From: Promethearchaeota archaeon
GTDB lineage: Archaea > Asgardarchaeota > Lokiarchaeia > Sigyniarchaeales > SOKP01
Length of the DNA: 64,000 nt
Assembly: GCA_048938005.1 (NCBI GenBank)
Contig: JBHLMQ010000002.1
Location: 32,001-96,000, forward strand
Direction of reading: 5' to 3'
Below, piece after piece: positions 48,758 through 58,126 of the stretch. Made by a program: the position numbers and the translations under genes. Within the stretch, counting starts at the first letter, position 1. The number at the start of each line of letters is the position of its first letter. The notes beneath the pieces are model-generated. The model did no database searches. It had not been told where the DNA came from and saw only the letters and a program-made list of their open reading frames with translations.

Positions 48758-50170
48758 TTATTTAAGTTCAGGATGTTTTTCTAATTCCTGTCTCATTTTT
48801 TCGAGTTTTTCGCCATGTAAATCGTAAGATCTAAAGAAGAGAATTGATCCTACTAGTGCTATTGATGGAAATACGAACATTAACGATTTTAAGCCAAGAT
48901 CTATTAAAAATTCATTTGTAGTAATGAGAGAATATTCACTCCAACCCGTTCCTGAAAATATAATGTAAATGGTTGTAATACCTAATATCATTGAGAATCT
49001 GTGAATAAATGCATTAACACCATAATAGCTAGCAGCTCTTCTTACGCCAAATTTGAGTGCGTCTTGATCAATTACATCACCATGAATTATATCAATAAAA
49101 AAGAGTGCCGCTGACAATCCAAAACCTACCGTAAAGAAAATAACCATTGAAAATGTTCTACTTATATCATTATCGGATAAAAAGATTAAAGGAAACAATG
49201 TAATTATCCATATTCCCAACCCAATCATAAGTCCTTTACGTGTACCAATCTTTTTTCTAATTCTTGCTTGAAGTGGCATAAAAATGGCTGCAGCTACTAG
49301 CGCTATCATTAAAGTTAATCCAATTAATAAAGAACCTTTAGTTCTTCCGAGCACATGAACCGAGAATAAAGGAAAAACTGTTAATAACACATTAAAACAA
49401 TACCATATAAGCATGTTTCCTAATGTAAATTTTATAAAAGTCCTATTTGAAAAGGTTATTTTTAAAGATTCAAAAAATCCCGGTCTTTTTTGAAAATCAG
49501 ATGCTTCTTCTTTTTTTTCTCTGACACCATAGAAAATGAATATAAATGCCGTAATCAATACTATAAGGTATAAGATTATGCCTGCAATAATATAATTTGG
49601 ATGAATTCGTGCTGCCTCTATAGCATCAGGTATTGCATTTTCAGTATCAGGTACTAAAGGATCAATGACAAAAGTTGGGACTAAGGATGCCAATATTACA
49701 GCAATCATTGTAAAAATTTTTATGTATACATTTACTTCCCCCCTCTGTTTTTCTGTTGGAAACATTTCGGGAAATATCGCATTTGTATTTACTGAAAACA
49801 TTGTATAAAAGAGCTCAAAGGTAAAAATTATGAAGATAAAGTACCAGAATTTAAAACTTGGGGGTGTTGTAAAGAGGAAAATCATCATTAATGACAAAGG
49901 AACAAATGCAATTATTAGATAAAATTTCCGTTTTCCTAATTTTCCTTTATGCTTGGTTTTCTCACTTAACGCCCCTAAAAGAGGGTCATTCACCATGTTC
50001 CAAATGCCCCATAGAACGAATCCAATCCACATTTCAAGCATCGAAAGACCTACTATTGCAAAATAGAAGGTAAAAATGTAAATAGTAAAGGCTTGGTACG
50101 TTAGCTGGTCAGGGAAAGCACTTATACCAAATAATACTTTTTCTTTTCGAGAGATTTTTCTTTCACTCAT
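48758..50170 (-). CDS. MFS transporter, GPH (MelB-like) family
   Basis: About 12 TM; WNMVNDPLLGALS, GKRK, DVIDQD...GVRRAASYYG. Confidence 0.88.
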   Translation of the reverse strand: MSERKISRKEKVLFGISAFPDQLTYQAFTIYIFTFYFAIVGLSMLEMWIGFVLWGIWNMVNDPLLGALSEKTKHKGKLGKRKFYLIIAFVPLSLMMIFLFTTPPSFKFWYFIFIIFTFELFYTMFSVNTNAIFPEMFPTEKQRGEVNVYIKIFTMIAVILASLVPTFVIDPLVPDTENAIPDAIEAARIHPNYIIAGIILYLIVLITAFIFIFYGVREKKEEASDFQKRPGFFESLKITFSNRTFIKFTLGNMLIWYCFNVLLTVFPLFSVHVLGRTKGSLLIGLTLMIALVAAAIFMPLQARIRKKIGTRKGLMIGLGIWIITLFPLIFLSDNDISRTFSMVIFFTVGFGLSAALFFIDIIHGDVIDQDALKFGVRRAASYYGVNAFIHRFSMILGITTIYIIFSGTGWSEYSLITTNEFLIDLGLKSLMFVFPSIALVGSILFFRSYDLHGEKLEKMRQELEKHPELK

Positions 50171-50361
50171 GTAATATCCCTTATTCAGTTTTAAAACAAC
50201 AATAAATTTTAACTAAATGTATTTAGATTTTGATCTTTTTAAAACTATTTCAATGATTATGAAAAAAATGTTGGCATCCATAAGATTCATTTAATTAAAA
50301 TCATATCCTAACTTAATCGTAAATTACTATTATTGATTTCAAAAATTAAGAACTTTGATTT

Positions 50362-50949
50362 ATGATGTCAGATCTTACTATTGAAGTAACATATTTTGAA
50401 AATGGAGGGCCTCAAAATACAGAAAAAGCATTACAAATTGCTAAAAAATACGCTGATCAATTTAATATCAGAGATATAATAATTGCGAGTACTAGAGGAA
50501 CTACAGCAAAAAAGGCTTTAGAAATTTTCAATCCAAATGAATATAATATACTAATAATTACACATTCTTATTATTTTATTGGCACTGAAAACCGACAAGA
50601 ATTTCCAGAAAATCTTATGGAAGAATTAAAGAGTAAAGGATTAAAGATTTTTACAGCTACTCATTCTATGGCAGGAATTGAAAGAAATATAAGGATTTCT
50701 TTAAAACAATGGATGCCTATTGATATTTTGGCTAAGTATCTTAGAACTAATTTCAGTCAAGGGACGAAAGTATGTATGGAAATAGCGAGTATGGCTGTTG
50801 ATGCAGGTTTAATTCAAGATTTAGAAAAAGATGTAATTTGTGTAGGGGGAACTGGAAGAGGCGCAGATACAGTATGTTTAATTAAACCTATGCCTACAGG
50901 TTTATTTGATAAACTAAGAGTTAAAGCAATTTTAGCTAAACCATTATAA
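50362..50949 (+). CDS. pyruvate kinase C-terminal-like alpha/beta domain protein
   Basis: YFENGGPQNT, IASTRGTTA, QGTKVCMEI..MAVDAG, GGTGRGADT. Confidence 0.8.
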   Translation: MMSDLTIEVTYFENGGPQNTEKALQIAKKYADQFNIRDIIIASTRGTTAKKALEIFNPNEYNILIITHSYYFIGTENRQEFPENLMEELKSKGLKIFTATHSMAGIERNIRISLKQWMPIDILAKYLRTNFSQGTKVCMEIASMAVDAGLIQDLEKDVICVGGTGRGADTVCLIKPMPTGLFDKLRVKAILAKPL

Positions 50950-51117
50950 CAAAAGAAGTTGATTTAAGAAATTTGAAAGAGCCTCTCAAGTATTATCATT
51001 TCATATCTGAAACAACTTATTTAAATAGCAAAAGTAGCAGAGAAATTGGAAATAAGTGATCCTGCTTTAATTTCATTTGAAAAAAAAAATTTTTAATAAT
51101 ATTTTTAATTATTACAC

Positions 51118-51516
51118 TTATCCTCTCTGTTTGATATAAGAGTAAATACCAAGAGCAAAAAGTATACACATTAAGATTAAACCCATGATAAATAGCAATA
51201 TAGTTCCAATGTTAAGTGTTGGGGCATATATAGCAAAAATGGTAATATTAATGATTATTGTTGGTATAAATAAACCAAATAAATACGAATACATCAATTT
51301 AATCTTATCCCATTCCTTTTTACGAAGAACTATAACTGCGAAAATGGAAGAGAGAAAGCAAATTCCCCCAAAGACTCTAAGATGATAAGGATCTGTCCAA
51401 CCGGTTATAGCCAGTATAAAAATATCAGCTAGAAATACATTTATGATCCCATATAAAAAAGTAACAATAGCATATGCTATAAGTGAAATTTTTGTAATTT
51501 TTTGAATTTCGGTCAT
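51118..51516 (-). CDS. 4-TM hypothetical membrane protein
   Basis: Four hydrophobic helices; DP..LRVFG. Confidence 0.65.
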   Translation of the reverse strand: MTEIQKITKISLIAYAIVTFLYGIINVFLADIFILAITGWTDPYHLRVFGGICFLSSIFAVIVLRKKEWDKIKLMYSYLFGLFIPTIIINITIFAIYAPTLNIGTILLFIMGLILMCILFALGIYSYIKQRG

Positions 51517-51699
51517 TCTTTTAACCTTCTATATATTTTTAATGTAATTTTTTTTCCTGAAAAGAACTCAAAATTTAATAAAATGAAATATTATAAAAAT
51601 CTTACTTTTTTGTCTAATTATAGTAAAAGTTAAAAATATGTAGAAATCAATTGAATTAATTTAAAGGAAGCGAATACATTAAAAAAAAAATAAAAAAAA

Positions 51700-52890
51700 T
51701 TAAATAATATCTAATTTTTTCCCAACTTTTTCTATAGCGCTTAATGCCATGTTTAAATCTTCTTTAGTGAGTAATGCATTCATCTGTACCCTTATTCGGG
51801 ATAATTCTCTTGCCACCATAGGAAACACTATGGGAGTCCCATAAATATTTTCCTCCTCAAAAAGTATTCGTGCTAATTCTTGGGCTTTTCCAGGATCACC
51901 GATGATTAATGGAATAATAGGAGTTGCCGAATTACCAGTATTATATCCCATACTTTGAACCTCTTTTTTAAAATAATTTGTATGTTCCCATACTCTTTTA
52001 ACATGTTCGGGCTCACTTTCAACAACTTCAATTGATGCTTTATTAGCGGCAACAACACCTGGGGGATGTGCTGTGCTTAAAAGATAAGTTCTGCTCTTAT
52101 TGGCACAAAATTCAATCAAATCTTTAGAGCCAGCAACAGTACCGCCGAAAACCCCAAATCCTTTACTCATGGACCCGCCCTCAACATGAACTTTACCTTG
52201 TAGATTGAAGTGAGCTACAATTCCTCGTCCATTTCCTAGGACACCCTCCCCATGACAATCATCTACGAAGATCATGGCACCAAAATCTTCTGCTATATTA
52301 GCAATATCCGCTAGAGGGGCCATATCTCCATCCATGCTAAAAACTCCATCAGTTATAATGCAAATTCTTCTTGCTTCTTCTTTTTCAGCTTCTTTAAGTT
52401 GAGATTCCAAATCTGATACATCTCTATGTTTATAAATAATTCGCTTAGCACCAGATAATCTAACACCATCAATAATAGATCCATGATTTAATTCATCTGA
52501 AACAACGATATCAGGTTTTCCAACTAGCATTGGAATTAATCCCGAATTTACAGCAAATCCAGTTTGACACAGAATTGAAGCTTCTACTTCTTTAAATTTA
52601 GCAAATTTTTCTTCAAATTGTTTTGTTAGATCAAACGAGCCAGCTATAACTGGTACAGCACCAGCACCAGCGCCATATTTTTTAGTGGCATCTATAGACG
52701 CTTGAACTACTTTTGGATGCGTAGCTAAACCAAGATAATTATTGGTATTAAGCATTAAAACTTCTTTTCCATCAACTACAGAATGCGGTTTGGAACCTTG
52801 CTCAAGATATCTTATAATCCATTCAAGGTTGTTTTTTCTTAATTGGGTCATTTCTTCCTTTAGAAAAGCAACAGGATCTCTTTTCATCAT
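51700..52890 (-). CDS. kbl: glycine C-acetyltransferase (2-amino-3-ketobutyrate CoA ligase), alpha-oxoamine synthase family
   Basis: NNYLGL, SDELNHGSIIDG, DGVFSMDGD, DDCH, SMSKG (PLP Lys), RIRVQ; divergent from tdh. Confidence 0.85.
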   Translation of the reverse strand: MMKRDPVAFLKEEMTQLRKNNLEWIIRYLEQGSKPHSVVDGKEVLMLNTNNYLGLATHPKVVQASIDATKKYGAGAGAVPVIAGSFDLTKQFEEKFAKFKEVEASILCQTGFAVNSGLIPMLVGKPDIVVSDELNHGSIIDGVRLSGAKRIIYKHRDVSDLESQLKEAEKEEARRICIITDGVFSMDGDMAPLADIANIAEDFGAMIFVDDCHGEGVLGNGRGIVAHFNLQGKVHVEGGSMSKGFGVFGGTVAGSKDLIEFCANKSRTYLLSTAHPPGVVAANKASIEVVESEPEHVKRVWEHTNYFKKEVQSMGYNTGNSATPIIPLIIGDPGKAQELARILFEEENIYGTPIVFPMVARELSRIRVQMNALLTKEDLNMALSAIEKVGKKLDII

Positions 52891-53070
52891 ATCACCTTAA
52901 ATTTTTTTATAATACGTGAGTAAATTATAATTTATGTCTATTATGAAAAGTATTTTAGTTTTACTTATCTAGGAATGGACATCAAAGATTGGATTTTTAT
53001 GAATAAAACTTTTTTTAGGGAATTAATTATGAATTATACTGACAATTTAATATCTTAAGATCTGATAAAA

Positions 53071-54018
53071 ATGAGAAGAATTCTTGTAATAGGCGCCGCG
53101 GGGCAAATTGGTAGTGAATTGGTACCATTCCTGAGGGAAAAATATGGTAATGATAATGTTATTGCTACTGGTAGAAAAACCCCCCTACCAGAAATTATAA
53201 AAAACACAGGGCCAGTAATTTACCTTGACGCATTAGAAAAAAATACCATTTCAAGAGTTTTTTATGAGTATGAGATAGATACAGTTTACCATATGGCTTC
53301 AATTCTTTCTGCCACTGGAGAAAAAATGCCTCAAACAGCTTGGGATATCAATATGAATGGTTTGATTAATATTTTAGAAGCTAGTAGAAAATATAATATT
53401 AAAAATATTATATGGCCAAGCTCTATAGCTGCATTTGGTCCTACTACACCTAGAGATAATACACCTAACATTACAATATTACAACCAACTACCATGTATG
53501 GTATAACTAAAGTAGCAGGAGAACTCTTAACTGAATACTATTACAAAAAATATAAACTAGATATTCGTTCAATGAGACTCCCAGGGATTATAAGCAGTGA
53601 AACTCTTCCAGGAGGTGGAACTACTGATTACGCTGTTGAAATATTCTATGAAGCAATCAAGAAAAAACAATATACTTGTTTTCTCAGGGAAGACACTGTG
53701 TTGCCAATGATGTATATGCCTGATTGTCTTAAATGCATGATCGATATTTTGGAGGCAGATAATTCAAAATTAAAGCGACGAGTATATAATGTTACCGGAA
53801 TGAGTTTTTCAGCAGGAGAAATAGCAGCTGAGATAAAGAAACAAATCCCAGAATTTCAAATAGATTATAAACCTGATTTTCGACAAGAAATTGCAGATTC
53901 CTGGCCAAAATCGATAGATGACTCTTTAGCGCGAGAAGAATGGAACTGGAATCCTTCCTATGATCTAGCTTCTATGACAAAAGATATGATAGAAATCTTA
54001 AGCAAACGACTTAAATAA
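53071..54018 (+). CDS. tdh: L-threonine 3-dehydrogenase (SDR/epimerase type)
   Basis: GAAGQIG, ILSATGE, PSSIAAFG, PTTMYGITK, PGGGTTDYA, PMMYMPD, RQEIADSWP. Confidence 0.88.
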   Translation: MRRILVIGAAGQIGSELVPFLREKYGNDNVIATGRKTPLPEIIKNTGPVIYLDALEKNTISRVFYEYEIDTVYHMASILSATGEKMPQTAWDINMNGLINILEASRKYNIKNIIWPSSIAAFGPTTPRDNTPNITILQPTTMYGITKVAGELLTEYYYKKYKLDIRSMRLPGIISSETLPGGGTTDYAVEIFYEAIKKKQYTCFLREDTVLPMMYMPDCLKCMIDILEADNSKLKRRVYNVTGMSFSAGEIAAEIKKQIPEFQIDYKPDFRQEIADSWPKSIDDSLAREEWNWNPSYDLASMTKDMIEILSKRLK

Positions 54019-54102
54019 CTTTTTTTTATTCTTTACATTCTTGTAATCTAATAAAATGGTTAAAATAATATTCATCATATACTTTTTTAAATGTAATTAA
54101 TT

Positions 54103-54888
54103 ATGGATGAGAAAAGTATGAAAATTGTTTTTCATGAAAAATATTATAATTCTGAGTATGCTTGGGATCCAGCTGCGTCTCCAGGACGATTAGAAGGAAT
54201 AATGAATAAAATTGCAGAAAATGAAGAATATAAGATAATTATTCCTAAACCTGCGACCGAAGAAGATATATTAAGAGCTCATACTCATAGACATTTGCAA
54301 AATATAAAAAGAAATACATTATTATTTGAGTTAGCTTCATTAGCTGCGGGTGGGGCAATATTGGCTGCTGAAGAAGCTTATAAAGGAAACCCTACGTTTG
54401 CAGTGATAAGACCTCCTGGTCATCATGCTTCAGCGGATTCATGTTGGGGATTTTGTTATTTTAACAACATAAGTATAAGTTTATTAAAGTTATATTCTGA
54501 TAACAAAATAAAGTCTGCGTTTGTCTTGGATTTTGACTTGCATACTGGTGATGGAAATATAAATATATTAACAAATAGGGAAGATGATTTTAAAGTGAAA
54601 ATTCTTAATCCCTATTCTAGTGGGAGAACGGGTTATATCAAAGAAGTTAAAGGGTATATGAAAAGTTTAGAGGATATCGATATTTTTGTAGCCAGCGCTG
54701 GTTTTGATGAAGGTATTGATGATTGGGGCCACAAATTATATCCTGACGATTATTTCGAATTAGGTAATTTAATGAAAATATATTCTGAAAAATTATGTAA
54801 AGGACGACGATATGCTTTATTAGAAGGAGGCTACAACCATAATGTTTTACCGAAAAATGTAAATTCTTTCTGCCAAGGTTTAAAATAA
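54103..54888 (+). CDS. histone deacetylase family (Zn-dependent) protein
   Basis: RPPGHHA, GFCYFNN, DFDLH.GDG, SAGFD, LEGGY. Confidence 0.9.
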   Translation: MDEKSMKIVFHEKYYNSEYAWDPAASPGRLEGIMNKIAENEEYKIIIPKPATEEDILRAHTHRHLQNIKRNTLLFELASLAAGGAILAAEEAYKGNPTFAVIRPPGHHASADSCWGFCYFNNISISLLKLYSDNKIKSAFVLDFDLHTGDGNINILTNREDDFKVKILNPYSSGRTGYIKEVKGYMKSLEDIDIFVASAGFDEGIDDWGHKLYPDDYFELGNLMKIYSEKLCKGRRYALLEGGYNHNVLPKNVNSFCQGLK

Positions 54889-54905
54889 AAAAAGGAATTA
54901 AAGAA

Positions 54906-56030
54906 CTAGTTTTTAAAATAATTTAATACTTTTTGCATATGATGGTATGAACTTTTAGTTTTTGATAAATCATTTAGAAAAGTCGCATTTGCAAGAACAA
55001 TATGTTTCATCCCAACCTTAGCATATTCTTCTATTTTTCCTATTATTTCATCAGGTGTACCATGTAAGATGGAATCATCACACATTTTATGTGGAATTTT
55101 ACTAAGTGCCTCTAAAATCGTTGTTCGATCATAATGAGTTGGGATATAATCAAGTAATCCGTAAAAATCTTTCCCCAATGGGTGTTCTAATCCATATTCT
55201 TTAAAAACTGAGTTTGGAAATGTTAACAATATATTTTTAAGATAAGGGTTCCCAATTAATTCGTCACATTTATTATGATCCTCATCAATGACTAAATATG
55301 ACCAAAATCCTGGTGTAATTTCATCAGGATCTCTCCCAACTTTTTTTGCAGCATTATGAATGTGATTTAACCGATATTTATAGGCTTGAGGATCTGAATA
55401 TGCGGGTAACCAACCATCTCCCAATCTACCAGTTAAATCTAACATTTTTGGTCCATGTGCTGCAATCCAAATTGGAGGGTATTCATTTTTTTTGAAAGGC
55501 TTTATTGTTAGAACAGCATTTTTGAGTTTCCAAAACTCTCCATTATAATCAACCTTTTTATCACTTTCCCATAAAAGTTTGATAATTTTAATAGATTCTT
55601 CCAGTCTACTGACGGGGCGATCCCATTTTATTCCATAAGGAATAACATTTTCTCCTTCACCTGTACCTATTCCTAAAATAACTCTCCCTTTAGATATATT
55701 ATCTTGAGTGATCAACGTTTGCGCTAAAACCGCGGGATGTCTTCGAAATGTCTCAGTTACACTAGTTCCCAGTAATATTTCACTTGTATTCCATGCTGCG
55801 ACTGCCATTATTGAATAGACTTCATGAAAAATATGAGGATTTTCTTGGAATGTAGCTGCTTTGATAAGATCTGGTGTCCAGATTGATTCTGGGGTCCAAC
55901 CCATTAAATGATCCGCCATCCAAACGGAATCATAGCCAATCTCCTCTAATCTTGTGATTCGGTTTATACCTTCTTCAACTGGTCCAAAAATGCTGGTTTC
56001 GGTTCCTATTTTTATATCTGAAATATCCAT
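54906..56030 (-). CDS. LLM-class flavin/F420-dependent oxidoreductase
   Basis: GYDSVWMADH, RRHPAVLAQ, D.ISKGRVILGIGTGE, PPIWIAAHGP, DGW. Confidence 0.88.
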   Translation of the reverse strand: MDISDIKIGTETSIFGPVEEGINRITRLEEIGYDSVWMADHLMGWTPESIWTPDLIKAATFQENPHIFHEVYSIMAVAAWNTSEILLGTSVTETFRRHPAVLAQTLITQDNISKGRVILGIGTGEGENVIPYGIKWDRPVSRLEESIKIIKLLWESDKKVDYNGEFWKLKNAVLTIKPFKKNEYPPIWIAAHGPKMLDLTGRLGDGWLPAYSDPQAYKYRLNHIHNAAKKVGRDPDEITPGFWSYLVIDEDHNKCDELIGNPYLKNILLTFPNSVFKEYGLEHPLGKDFYGLLDYIPTHYDRTTILEALSKIPHKMCDDSILHGTPDEIIGKIEEYAKVGMKHIVLANATFLNDLSKTKSSYHHMQKVLNYFKN

Positions 56031-56059
56031 ACAATACCACTTAATTTAATATAAAAGAA

Positions 56060-57382
56060 TTATTTGATTTGGAAAAAAGATTCTTCAAATTCAGGGTTGT
56101 TTTGATATCTTCTCATAAAAAGCATAGGTGCTTTATCAAGATTTTTAAAAAAGTACGATGGTATTTTAATCCCTGCTTGCTTTAATGCTGCTTGTATATC
56201 TTCAAGGGATGGAGGGCATCCTTTAACAGCAATCATTTCATTAATATTAGGATCGTCTTTATTTGCATTATACATACATTGTCCAAACAAGATCGTTTTA
56301 TTCATTCCGGGGGTGGGTTTCATAACTTTTCCGGTTAAAATTTCAACCTTATCAAAAGGTTCACCCTTCCAAGCCATTTTTATACCAGATAAAAGAATCC
56401 CATTAAGGCCTGAACAGTATGTACACATCGTTTCGTCATATTTATGATATTTAATACCAGATATTCCTGCCTTTTGATATGGAAGTGGTAATGTGTTATT
56501 ATTAGAATAAATATAATCCCATTCATGAGGAGAAGCTAAATCTTCAATTTTTTCTCCAACTAAATCGATATCAGATAAATCTAATGGACGATTTCTATCT
56601 TTTGCAGCTTGTAGAAGATAAGGAACTGATGATGGATCAATATCTAATAAATTAGCACCTACGACATCAGCAGCAAATATATCTGTTGAGGCAACTAATA
56701 TGTTATTTCTATGAGCTTTACCATCAATTGCAGGTCCGCGTTCAAGAGTGTAAATTCCATCGATAATACAAAAGCAGGGTGGGATTTTATTTGCAAGCTG
56801 AGCTACATTATAGTGAAGATTTTTTACCGGATCAGCACTATGAAATTTTTTTCGTGAAGCGATATTAATAAGACCTTTTAAATTTTTCATTCCTAAGCTT
56901 ACTACACATTGTGCATGAGTTTTAAGTACAGGAATATCTACAAGAAAGTCAGAATGAAGCATATCAGCATTCATTTTAGCAGTTAATCCTTCTTTTAATT
57001 CGATGCTTTCAAAAGGTCTGTCGAATGTATTGAATACCTGAATTCCATATTTATCTTTGAGAGAATTATATCCAAGTTTTTCAAAAGCATCCTCAGCAGT
57101 TTCATTATCCTTCAAGCCTTCCGATACGATGCCTTCTCCGATGATAATATCATCAATTCCTTGCTCTTTAAGTAAAATTATTATGTCCTCAATAACGCGT
57201 GAAGTTGTTATTACACCCCATTTTGGAATATCGCAGTGTCGATTCCAATAAACAATATTGGGCTTGATAAACACTTTTGCTTTAGATTTTAAATGTTCAA
57301 AACCATTTGCAAGCTCAACAGCCTCACGTACTGATTCTAGAGGTTTTTCATATTTTACAATTGATACTAATGATTTACTCAC
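56060..57382 (-). CDS. DUF362 domain protein with C-terminal Fe-S-like Cys motifs
   Basis: VFIKPN, PVLKTH, SLGMKNLKG, IIDG; CTYC, GQC, GCPP; GTG start with GGTG upstream. Confidence 0.85.
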   Translation of the reverse strand: MSKSLVSIVKYEKPLESVREAVELANGFEHLKSKAKVFIKPNIVYWNRHCDIPKWGVITTSRVIEDIIILLKEQGIDDIIIGEGIVSEGLKDNETAEDAFEKLGYNSLKDKYGIQVFNTFDRPFESIELKEGLTAKMNADMLHSDFLVDIPVLKTHAQCVVSLGMKNLKGLINIASRKKFHSADPVKNLHYNVAQLANKIPPCFCIIDGIYTLERGPAIDGKAHRNNILVASTDIFAADVVGANLLDIDPSSVPYLLQAAKDRNRPLDLSDIDLVGEKIEDLASPHEWDYIYSNNNTLPLPYQKAGISGIKYHKYDETMCTYCSGLNGILLSGIKMAWKGEPFDKVEILTGKVMKPTPGMNKTILFGQCMYNANKDDPNINEMIAVKGCPPSLEDIQAALKQAGIKIPSYFFKNLDKAPMLFMRRYQNNPEFEESFFQIK

Positions 57383-57501
57383 GTAATCACACCTATACCT
57401 TTATTATTCTAATATAATGATTTGAATATTAAATATTTTAAAAATTAATTTATTTTGAAAAATAATTAAGCATTATATAACTAAAATACATTAGGGAGTT
57501 C

Positions 57502-58047
57502 TTATTTCTTTATTTTTTCTTTCCATTCCTCTGCTAAGAGACCCATTATTATTGCATCATGGTAACTTCCATTTGCCCAAATAAATTGTCGCTTTCTTCC
57601 TTCTTCTACGAATCCAACTTTTATGTAAGAATTTAAAGCCCTTATATTGAAATCATAAGTATATAATTCGATTCTGTTTAAATTAAGGGTAGTAAATCCA
57701 TATTCTATCAATAATTCCAATGCTTCAGTGCCATATCCTTTATCTTGATACTCTTTTTCCCCAATTACGATCCCTACTTCTCCTACTCGATTTTTCCACT
57801 CTATATTATGTATTCCACAATTTCCGATAATTTTATCTTTACCATTTTCATCTGGAATCATAATGGCAAAATTGATGGTATTTTCTCTGTTCTTAAGATT
57901 CTCAATCCAGTCTTCCTCCATCATTCTCGTCATTGGACGATACATTATCAGATATTGAGTAATTTCTGGATCATTGAACCATTTGAGATAGGAATCTATA
58001 TATTCTCTTTTAATAGGCCCTAATTTAACTCTATTCCCTCTTAACAT
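57502..58047 (-). CDS. GNAT N-acetyltransferase, RimJ/RimL-like
   Basis: IGNCG, EVGIVIG, YQDKGYGTE, N.RA..SY.KVGFVEEG. Confidence 0.9.
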   Translation of the reverse strand: MLRGNRVKLGPIKREYIDSYLKWFNDPEITQYLIMYRPMTRMMEEDWIENLKNRENTINFAIMIPDENGKDKIIGNCGIHNIEWKNRVGEVGIVIGEKEYQDKGYGTEALELLIEYGFTTLNLNRIELYTYDFNIRALNSYIKVGFVEEGRKRQFIWANGSYHDAIIMGLLAEEWKEKIKK

Positions 58048-58126
58048 AGAAGAAAAAAATCAAGATCAAAATAAAAAATTAATTATTTAAGTAGATTTCA
58101 AAAAAATTGGTAGATAAAGTTGAATC